44,662 nucleotides of DNA from an uncultured Bacilli bacterium (GTDB taxonomy: Bacteria; Bacillota_I; Bacilli_A; RF39; UBA660), in the NCBI GenBank assembly GCA_944358945.1, contig CALVSH010000039.1, forward strand, positions 1-44,662, written 5' to 3'. Below the pieces are notes generated by a model that did no database searches, had not been told where the DNA came from, and was given only the letters and a program-made list of their open reading frames with translations. Position numbers and translations under genes: made by a program. Each line of letters starts with the position of its first letter. Position 1 is the stretch's first letter. Shown here one piece after another: positions 37,638 through 44,662 of this stretch.

Positions 37638-39293
37638 TTAGTATTTTTTCTTTTTTAAATATTTATGAATTCTACTACCAAAGACACGACTCATAGCTTT
37701 ACTATACCACATATAAATAAAATAAGTAATTGCTCCTACTAGGACATAAATAATAATATAAACAAAACTTATAAATCTACTATCACTACTAGGTAACAAT
37801 AAAGACATCAAAAATAATACAATACTCATTAACATCGATCCACAGATAGTATCAATAAAGTTTTTAGAAAACTCTTCATAATTAACTTTATATTTCTTTT
37901 TCAATTTAATAATACATATTAAGAAAGAAACAAAATAACCAATCAAACTAGCTGTAATAACACCATAGTAAGCAGGAAGTCCCATCTTAACAAAAGCAAC
38001 CATTAAATTATCATTAAGTAAAAACTTCAAAACAACACCAACAAACAAACTAAAAATAACCGTTTTATAATCCTTTAATACTTGAACAATCGATACAGTA
38101 GCCGTAAATAAACCAATCATAAAGCCTACAAAGATATAATAAGCTAACACACTTGGTCCAAAAACACTTGCGCCATAAAAGACATTCCAAATATCACTAG
38201 ACAAAAAGCTAACTCCCATAGTCATTGGTACTGTAAAAAATAATAAAATACTAAGAGCTTGATTTATTTTCTTATTGACATCTTCTCTATCTTTTTTTAC
38301 CACACTCTGTGTTAAATTAGGTATTAAACTAACAACAATTCCAGTAGAAACAGAAAGAATAATCATATTAAACTTAGCAGCCCAGGTAGATAACATACTC
38401 ATAATAGTTTCTGCATCACTAACACTAAATTTTGCATAATTAACAAGCCCTTGAACAACAGTAACCATATCAATATAACTATATAAAGATTTAAAAACAT
38501 CAATCATAATAAAGGGAAAAGCATAAATAACAATCTTTTTAAAAATTTGCTTATTCGTAATAATAGGTTCATTTACCGGTCTTATTTTTTCATTAAATTT
38601 ACTATTATTTTTCTTCTTTTTATAAACTAAATATAAGTAAGAAGCAATCGCACCTAATGTAGCTCCAAATACTGCTATTCCAACTGCAGATGTTAGTGAT
38701 AAGTTAAATACTTTTAAAGCCATAAAACTACCAAGAACAATTACTAAAACTCGTACTAGCTGTTCTAAAACTTGTGAAAAAGAAGGTGGTTCCATAAAAC
38801 GATGACCTTCAAAATAACCTCGATAAATACTAAGTACAGGAACAATCAAAATTGCGGTACCAATCACTCTTATAACAAAAACAACATCAGAAATAGTATT
38901 ACCACCAGTTAAGTCTCCAAGTACTGCCTCTGCTATCCAAGGAGCAAACAAAAGTAATAAAAGAAAACAAATAAATCCTAATAATAAAGCTATCCTCTTA
39001 CCTATTAAAAAAGCACGTTTTTTAGCACTATAATATCCCATAGCTTGATATTCAGAAGTAATTTTACTAATCGCAAGAGGTATACCAGCACTAGACAAAG
39101 ACATAAAAAGCAAATAAATAGTATAGGCATATCCATATAAAGCTCCACCACGGTCTCCAATAATAGCATGAAAAGGAATGACATAAATAATGCCCAGTAT
39201 CTTTGTAAGAACAATTCCTAAAGTCGCAATAAATGCACCTTTAATAAAACTACTTTTCTTTAATTCAACTTTTCTCTTTTTCTTCTTCGCCAT
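37638..39293 (-). CDS. MOP-superfamily flippase (MurJ/YtgP/SpoVB-like, probable lipid II flippase)
   Basis: 551 aa with about 14 hydrophobic helices. The N-terminus FIKGAFIATLGIVLTKILGIIYVIPF is typical of the Bacillus YtgP/SpoVB group. It lies near cse60, as ytgP does in B. subtilis. Confidence 0.8.
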   Translation of the reverse strand: MAKKKKRKVELKKSSFIKGAFIATLGIVLTKILGIIYVIPFHAIIGDRGGALYGYAYTIYLLFMSLSSAGIPLAISKITSEYQAMGYYSAKKRAFLIGKRIALLLGFICFLLLLLFAPWIAEAVLGDLTGGNTISDVVFVIRVIGTAILIVPVLSIYRGYFEGHRFMEPPSFSQVLEQLVRVLVIVLGSFMALKVFNLSLTSAVGIAVFGATLGAIASYLYLVYKKKKNNSKFNEKIRPVNEPIITNKQIFKKIVIYAFPFIMIDVFKSLYSYIDMVTVVQGLVNYAKFSVSDAETIMSMLSTWAAKFNMIILSVSTGIVVSLIPNLTQSVVKKDREDVNKKINQALSILLFFTVPMTMGVSFLSSDIWNVFYGASVFGPSVLAYYIFVGFMIGLFTATVSIVQVLKDYKTVIFSLFVGVVLKFLLNDNLMVAFVKMGLPAYYGVITASLIGYFVSFLICIIKLKKKYKVNYEEFSKNFIDTICGSMLMSIVLFLMSLLLPSSDSRFISFVYIIIYVLVGAITYFIYMWYSKAMSRVFGSRIHKYLKKKKY

Positions 39294-39352
39294 ATACTGC
39301 CTCCATTATTTAAATCATATCACAAAAGAAAAAAAGAAAAAAGATATCAAAA

Positions 39353-39523
39353 CTAATAATAAACAATCATCGCAGAAAAACAAAACACCTGTTCCTCACT
39401 AAATACACCAACACTTACTTGATACTTAATATCCACAACTTCTCCATCTAAATTATCCAAAAACTCATTAACATCATTTTCTAAATCAACTTCATCTTCT
39501 TCATCAAATATCTTAACCTTCAT
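39353..39523 (-). CDS. cse60: Cse60-like small sporulation protein (56 aa; below the ORF-track cutoff)
   Basis: Manual translation gives MKVKIFDEEDEVDLENDVNEFLDNLDGEVVDIKYQVSVGVFSEEQVFCFSAMIVYY. RBS is GGTGAT. The pattern (KVK.FDEE.E.DLE..VN.FL...V.DIKY.VS......Q.YCFSA.I.Y) fits my memory of B. subtilis Cse60/YteV. Confidence 0.6.
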   Translation of the reverse strand: MKVKIFDEEDEVDLENDVNEFLDNLDGEVVDIKYQVSVGVFSEEQVFCFSAMIVYY

Positions 39524-39542
39524 AATATCACCAAGTTAAGTA

Positions 39543-39573
39543 TAAAAAAAACAATCCACAAAAAATGTGGATT
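39543..39573 (-). terminator. Intrinsic terminator after the PHP gene
   Basis: Minus strand reads AATCCACA-TTTTT-TGTGGATT followed by GTTTTTTTT. The hairpin overlaps the stop codon. Confidence 0.65.
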
Positions 39574-40465
39574 ATTCTGATAACCATACCAAGATAGAAG
39601 AAATATCATCATCCGTTAATGAAATATCTTCACCTAACAATCCGATAGTAGGATGAATTCCGTCTTCTTTATGAAAATCAGATCCTATGGTTACAGGTAA
39701 CTGATGAGCCTTAGCAAACCGATTCCAATGATTGATTTCATTTATTTTATTATTATTACGATCAATATATATATAATTAGCTTCTAATCCATCAGCTTTC
39801 ATATCAGATACTAGTTCAGAAATATCATTATCATCCAAGCCATCCTCATACTTATAAGCAACAGGATGAGCAAGTACTACTTTACCACCAGCATTATGAA
39901 TAAGTATAGCGGCATCCCTTGGTGTAATAGTATCTTTTTCTACATAAGCAGGACATCCCTCATTCATCACAGTCTCAATAAATTCCCCCTTATTAGGTAT
40001 ATGCCCAAATTCTCTCATAAGTAATTCACAATTATCAGAATTACTAATAACATCAAGAGAAATATGTGCCTTAGTAACTGCCTCTATCTTATCAAGTTCA
40101 TCAGTATGAACAACATAGCCCAACTCTTCCAATTTTTTTGCTACAGCGTGTAAATAGTTATGTCTTGCATTCCTCAAAGAATCTAATCTGTCTAAAAATT
40201 CTCTGTTATTAAAATCATAACAATAACCTAACACATGAATTCCACACTTTTTAATCTTAGTAGAAATTTCAACTCCCGGAATAATACGAATTCCTTTCTC
40301 CTTAGCATATTCAAATAATTCATCACTATAAGCATCAATAGTATCATGATCAGCAATAGAAATCACAGAAACATGATTATCTACTGCTTTATCAATTACT
40401 TCCATAGGAGATAATTGTCCATCTGAACAATTTGTGTGTATATGCAAATCTATTATTTTTTCCAT
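39572..40465 (-). CDS. PHP-domain metal-dependent phosphoesterase (TrpH/YciV, COG0613-like)
   Basis: DLHIHTNCSDG, ISIADHDT, HVLGY, VLAHP and GSDFH are the full set of PHP His/Asp metal ligands in the usual order. Confidence 0.85.
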   Translation of the reverse strand: MEKIIDLHIHTNCSDGQLSPMEVIDKAVDNHVSVISIADHDTIDAYSDELFEYAKEKGIRIIPGVEISTKIKKCGIHVLGYCYDFNNREFLDRLDSLRNARHNYLHAVAKKLEELGYVVHTDELDKIEAVTKAHISLDVISNSDNCELLMREFGHIPNKGEFIETVMNEGCPAYVEKDTITPRDAAILIHNAGGKVVLAHPVAYKYEDGLDDNDISELVSDMKADGLEANYIYIDRNNNKINEINHWNRFAKAHQLPVTIGSDFHKEDGIHPTIGLLGEDISLTDDDISSILVWLSE

Positions 40466-41406
40466 GACTCAACCCTTCTTTCATAACATTTCTGTAACTG
40501 TGGAGTTTCAAATCTCCTTTCCACAGATTCAGGTGCAATCGAATACAAAACATCAAATAAATTGTTAACAGAAAAACTTTCTGAAATAATATCCCTAGAA
40601 CACATTAACTTTTCATTCAAAGTAGATTCCCATCGAAAAGGAGTCATACTAAGTAAATAATCTAAAACAAAATTATAAGCAGTATCATCATATTGCCAAG
40701 TTTTTCTCAAAGAAATTGGATGAATTGGTAAATAAGGATCAATATTATTTTCAATAGCATCAAATATAGAAAAAGGAACTTCATCCAATAAATTGCTAAT
40801 CTTAGAATATTCAATAACATGAATATCTAAAGGTAACATTTCTGAAGGCATTACTCCATTTTCTAAATCTGAAGTTATTTTTGATATCTCTTTTATCGTC
40901 TTAACAGGATCAACATCCGAAGTATGCATATCTAACATATCAAACGTTCTAGAAAGAAATTGACTCGCATTTCCTACTTCATCATCCGCACAAACCATCC
41001 ACATATCAATATCTGGTAAACGATTAATAACTTTTCTAGGCTTCAAATCATCATTAACTTGTGGACAAGGTTTACAAATTTGTTTTAAATCAGGCATCCA
41101 CTTACCATTAGTGGAAAGACAAGATGCGCATCTCCACTGAGACTCAATTTCCTTAGCAGACTTAAGTAACTCATTACCATATCGAATCTGCTCATCAATC
41201 AAAGGCAAATTTCCTTCTAAATTAGAATCCAAAACATAAAACGGATAGCCAGTACCAAACGATCCTTGATAACCAGGTGCACTACTCATAACTTTATTAA
41301 TTACTCTAATGTTATATAACAAATAATTCTTTTTAAGTTCTGAATTATTTTGTTCAAATCGATTAGAAGTATCAGCAACTTCCATACATATATTCATTTC
41401 TATCAC
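40453..41406 (-). CDS. Unnamed protein with a 4-Cys zinc knuckle and a possible Pol-beta-type nucleotidyltransferase core
   Basis: 317-aa ORF; ATG 41397 is probably the true start. It has QGSFGTG, a CASC...CKPC knuckle, RLPDIDMWMV and LPLDIHVIE. The stop lies inside codons 1-5 of the PHP gene (13-nt overlap). No family recognised by eye. Confidence 0.6.
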   Translation of the reverse strand: MIEMNICMEVADTSNRFEQNNSELKKNYLLYNIRVINKVMSSAPGYQGSFGTGYPFYVLDSNLEGNLPLIDEQIRYGNELLKSAKEIESQWRCASCLSTNGKWMPDLKQICKPCPQVNDDLKPRKVINRLPDIDMWMVCADDEVGNASQFLSRTFDMLDMHTSDVDPVKTIKEISKITSDLENGVMPSEMLPLDIHVIEYSKISNLLDEVPFSIFDAIENNIDPYLPIHPISLRKTWQYDDTAYNFVLDYLLSMTPFRWESTLNEKLMCSRDIISESFSVNNLFDVLYSIAPESVERRFETPQLQKCYERRVESWKK

Positions 41407-41436
41407 TCTTTTCTACATAAGGTGTTATTAATCATA

Positions 41437-41768
41437 TCATAAATAATACAAAATTGCCAACAAATCACCCAGGCTTCTCTCATGAAGCATATTAGCATAA
41501 CCTTCTAGGTTTCGTTTTGAAAGACCAAGGTCAAGAAAATCAATTAATTCTTTTAACTTTAAATTAGCTTCACAAATAGATAAACTATCTTCTTTTACTT
41601 CAATTTCAATGAAATATCCTAAATCAGAGACTTCACTTTCATGTTCTTCTAAATAAATATCATTTTGTTCTTTTTTAGTGTAATTAATGCCATTTTTTAG
41701 AAGAAGAGAAAGATATTTTTCATAATCTTTCTCTGTAATTCCTAACTTAACTTCAACTTCTCTATCTA
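41437..41768 (-). pseudogene. Start-less, internally deleted CYTH-like reading frame (probable gene remnant)
   Basis: The minus frame is open for 118 codons (41793 down to stop TGA 41437-41439), with no ATG/GTG/TTG before codon 102. It reads ...REVEVKLGI..(ExExK)..EQNDIYL, then jumps directly to DLGYFIEIEVKED...LIDFLDLGL.....EGYANML (CYTH C-terminal strands). Confidence 0.45.
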
Positions 41769-44171
41769 TTATTTCACTACAATATTTACAATTCTACCCT
41801 TAATTACAATCACTTTAACGACTTCTTTACCTTCAATATGACGTTTAACATTATCAGCATTTAATGCTTTCTCTTTAATACTATCTTCCTCTTCATCAAC
41901 AGATATATTGATAGTAGCTCGAACTTTACCATTAACCTGAACTGCAATTTCTTTTTCTTTCTCTACTAAATACTTCTCATCATAACGAGGCCACTCAGCA
42001 TAACAAATAGGTTCATATCCAAGTTGTTCATTCAATTCTTCTGTCATATGTGGAGCCACTGGATTTAAAAGTGTAAGTAACAAACGATAATCTTCCTTAG
42101 TAATACTTTCCATATCGTCATAAGCATTCGCTAATATCATTAAAGCAGAAATATAAGTATTATAACTCATTCTAGACAAATCATCATCAACAGCTTTAAT
42201 AGTTTTATTTTGAATAACTACTAAACTATCACTATAACCATCTTTATCATTAACCTTAGAAGCAAGTCTTTCAACCTTATCCAAGAATCTCTTACATCCT
42301 CTTAATGATTCCGTACTCCAAGGAGCATCTTGTTGATAATCTCCCATAAACATTTCATAAGTACGTAAAGTATCGGCACCATACTCTTTTACAATATCAT
42401 CAGGATTAATAACATTTCCTTTAGACTTACTCATCTTCTGATTGTCAGGTCCTAATACCATACCATGACTAACACGAACATCAATCATTTCCTTGCTAGG
42501 AACAAGACCAATATTATACAAGAATTGTACCCAGAATCTCGCATAAAGTAAGTGACGAGCCGTATGCTCCATACCACCATTATACCAATTAACTTTTTGC
42601 CAATACTTCATCGCATCCATAGAAGCAAATTCACTTTCATTATGAGCATCCATATATCTCAAGAAATACCAACTTGATCCTGCCCAGTTAGGCATAGTAT
42701 CCGTCTCCCTCTTAGCAGGGCCGCCACAACAAGGACAAGTAGTATTTACCCAGTCAGTAATCTTCGCAAGAGGACTCTCTCCCGTATCAGTAGGCTCATA
42801 TTCCGCAACATCAGGAAGCAACAATGGTAAATCTTCTTCCTTCATAGGTTGCCATCCACACTTCTCACAATAAATCATTGGAATTGGTTCACCCCAGAAA
42901 CGTTGTCTAGAGAAAATCCAATCTTGTAGGCGATAATTTACTTTTTCACGACCAATTCCTTTTTCTTTCAAGTACTCTATCATTCTTTGGATAGAATCTT
43001 TTTTATTAGTAAATCCATTCAAAAAGCCAGAATTAATCATCTTACCATCACCAGTATAAGCGCCCTTACTTAAATCTCCACCTTCAATAACTTGAACAAT
43101 CGGAATATGATACTTCTTGGCAAACTCATAATCTCTATCATCATGAGCAGGTACAGCCATAATAGCTCCCGTACCATAACCCATCATAACATAATCAGAT
43201 ATAAACACATCCACTGCTTTCTCTGTGATTGGATTAATAACCGTAATACCTTCAAGTTTAACACCAGTCTTATCCTTATTCATTTCCGTTCTTTCAAAGG
43301 CACTCTTAGACTTAGCAAACTGCTGGTATTTCTTTACTTCATCCATATTCGTAATCAAAGAAGAAAGACTTTCCAACATAGGATGTTCAGGAGCAAGTAC
43401 CATAAAAGTAACGCCAAACAAAGTATCTGGACGAGTTGTATAAACTGTTAACTTATCTCCCGTCTCTTGTACAGTAAAATCAACTTCTGCCCCAGTAGAT
43501 TTACCAATCCAATTAACTTGTCCAAGTTTTACACGATCTGCAAAATGGGTATCATCCAAACCTTTAAGTAAATCCTCAGCATAATCACTCATGCGAAGCA
43601 TCCATTGTTCTTTTTCTTTTTGAACAACCTTACTTCCACATCTTTCACATACTCCACCAGCAGAATCCTCATTAGACAAAACACTCTTACAAGTAGGACA
43701 CCAATTTACATCTTTCTTAGCTTTATAAGCCATACCATGTTTATAAAATTGTAAAAACTGCCATTGCGTCCATTTATAATATTCAGGATCCGTAGTAGAA
43801 AACTCACGTTCCCAGTCAAATGAAAATCCCACTGACTGCATCTGACCTTTAAAAGTATTTATATTTTCCTTAACGGCATCCTTAGGATGAATATGGTTCT
43901 TGATAGCATACTGTTCAGCAGGTGCTCCAAAGGCATCCCATCCCATTGGAAAAAGTACATTGTACCCTTGCATTCTTTTAACTCTAGCAAGTACATCCTG
44001 AGCAGTATAACTACGAACATGACCTACATGAAGACCAGCACCTGATGGATAAGGAAACTCCACTAATATATAATAAGGAGTCCTACTCTTATCACCCGTA
44101 ACGGCTCTAAAACAATGATTCTTTTGCCAATAATCTTGCCATTTCTTTTCTATTTCATTAATTTTATTCAT
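41769..44171 (-). CDS. leuS: Leucyl-tRNA synthetase
   Basis: 800 aa with the HIGH-type motif (HVGH), KMSKS, a CP1 editing domain and Zn-binding Cys pairs. Confidence 0.97.
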   Translation of the reverse strand: MNKINEIEKKWQDYWQKNHCFRAVTGDKSRTPYYILVEFPYPSGAGLHVGHVRSYTAQDVLARVKRMQGYNVLFPMGWDAFGAPAEQYAIKNHIHPKDAVKENINTFKGQMQSVGFSFDWEREFSTTDPEYYKWTQWQFLQFYKHGMAYKAKKDVNWCPTCKSVLSNEDSAGGVCERCGSKVVQKEKEQWMLRMSDYAEDLLKGLDDTHFADRVKLGQVNWIGKSTGAEVDFTVQETGDKLTVYTTRPDTLFGVTFMVLAPEHPMLESLSSLITNMDEVKKYQQFAKSKSAFERTEMNKDKTGVKLEGITVINPITEKAVDVFISDYVMMGYGTGAIMAVPAHDDRDYEFAKKYHIPIVQVIEGGDLSKGAYTGDGKMINSGFLNGFTNKKDSIQRMIEYLKEKGIGREKVNYRLQDWIFSRQRFWGEPIPMIYCEKCGWQPMKEEDLPLLLPDVAEYEPTDTGESPLAKITDWVNTTCPCCGGPAKRETDTMPNWAGSSWYFLRYMDAHNESEFASMDAMKYWQKVNWYNGGMEHTARHLLYARFWVQFLYNIGLVPSKEMIDVRVSHGMVLGPDNQKMSKSKGNVINPDDIVKEYGADTLRTYEMFMGDYQQDAPWSTESLRGCKRFLDKVERLASKVNDKDGYSDSLVVIQNKTIKAVDDDLSRMSYNTYISALMILANAYDDMESITKEDYRLLLTLLNPVAPHMTEELNEQLGYEPICYAEWPRYDEKYLVEKEKEIAVQVNGKVRATINISVDEEEDSIKEKALNADNVKRHIEGKEVVKVIVIKGRIVNIVVK

Positions 44172-44517
44172 CTTTTGTCATTCCTCTCTTTCTATAAAAC
44201 AATCCTACAAAATGATAACTAATCATAATAATTGGTAAAATTAATACCATAACCGAAACTATCTGCCAAATATAAGAATTAACATAAGCCACGATAGATA
44301 CCATAAGCGCTATATCAAAAGCAGAAACAATAGATACTACCTGCAATAACTGTGGATAATGTACTTTCCTCATATTTAAATGATATCTAGAAATCAAATA
44401 TTTAACTTCTATCGGTTGATAATCCTTCTTCTTTTTTGCTTTTCTAACAATAAATATTTCATAAACAAATAATACTACTAGAAAACATAATAAGAATAAA
44501 TATACCTCTTCAAGCAT
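44164..44517 (-). CDS. Small 3-TM membrane protein co-transcribed with leuS (possibly YtvB-like)
   Basis: 117-aa ORF with RBS GGGGTGGTGA. Its stop overlaps the leuS start by 8 nt. There are three hydrophobic helices. It sits between the leader RNA and leuS. Confidence 0.6.
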   Translation of the reverse strand: MLEEVYLFLLCFLVVLFVYEIFIVRKAKKKKDYQPIEVKYLISRYHLNMRKVHYPQLLQVVSIVSAFDIALMVSIVAYVNSYIWQIVSVMVLILPIIMISYHFVGLFYRKRGMTKDE

Positions 44518-44534
44518 TTCACCACCCCTTTCAT

Positions 44535-44662
44535 AAGAACAAAAGAATTAAGTAAACTTAATTCGCCTTGGTCGTTGCCTCCCAAGTTCCTGCTTCATAG
44601 AGTAAGTAACCCTACTTCTCCGCAGGCTTAACATCCGATAGTCGCTACCGTAGTTTTGTTCT
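44535..44662 (-). promoter_or_regulatory. T-box-family leader (partial, cut by the window edge), probable Leu UUA specifier, with a divergent T-box segment and a short terminator
   Basis: The minus strand CUACGGUAG-CGACUAUC-GGAUG-UUA-AGCCUG-CGGAGA aligns position for position with the Tyr leader in this window (CUAGGGGUAG-AUAAUUAU-GAAAU-UAC-AACAUU-CGGAGA). The terminator is GAAUUAAG-UUUA-CUUAAUUC plus UUUUGUUCUU (44535-44564). The T-box-like stretch UGGGAGGCAACGAC deviates from GGGUGGNACCGCG. Confidence 0.65.

Noticed and set aside
41769-41796. Possibility that the CYTH-like frame is reached by programmed -1 frameshifting from the end of leuS
   Set aside because: The CYTH-like frame is -1 relative to leuS and is open from 41793. 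However, there is no X XXY YYZ slippery heptamer, no downstream stimulatory structure that I can see, and leuS ends in a double stop (TAA TAG). A pseudogene is the simpler reading.
1-44662. Search for mobile elements, prophage, integrases, toxin-antitoxin pairs, restriction-modification or known defence genes
   Set aside because: No ORF in the track shows transposase, integrase or recombinase motifs, phage structural motifs, methyltransferase motifs or classic defence motifs. The accessory-looking segments (the lipoprotein array and the DUF285 remnant) have no flanking direct repeats or tRNA attachment sites.

Overview
44.7-kb chromosomal segment from a very AT-rich, endospore-forming Bacillota genome, Bacilli/Erysipelotrichia-like. 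It carries spoIVA, an alpha/beta-type SASP, and Cse60- and SpoVIF-like genes. Most genes are housekeeping and reproduce several Bacillus subtilis micro-syntenies in compressed form: rnpB-gpsB, recU-ponA, dnaD-nth, hbs/der/spoIVA, engB, ackA, SASP-thiI, ezrA, rpsD, tyrS, ytxG-ytxH, trmB, ytgP(murJ)-cse60 and leuS. RNA elements are the 5' part of RNase P RNA at the left edge, a canonical Tyr T-box leader, and a partial Leu T-box leader at the right edge whose antiterminator segment is divergent. I saw no transposase, integrase, CRISPR array, rRNA or tRNA gene. Six regions are worth a second look. (1) A translationally coupled pair, an unnamed Zn-ribbon/nucleotidyltransferase-like protein plus a PHP phosphoesterase (39.6-41.4 kb). 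It lies directly downstream of a start-less, internally deleted CYTH-like reading frame (41.4-41.8 kb). (2) An intact CYTH gene inserted between the Tyr T-box and tyrS. (3) Three tandem, diverged LRR-like lipoprotein paralogues between ezrA and rpsD. (4) An orphan prepilin-like gene overlapping the end of ezrA. (5) A frameshifted DUF285/Flg_new surface-protein remnant. (6) Tandem acetate kinase paralogues. All functional calls come from reading motifs by eye; no database search was run.
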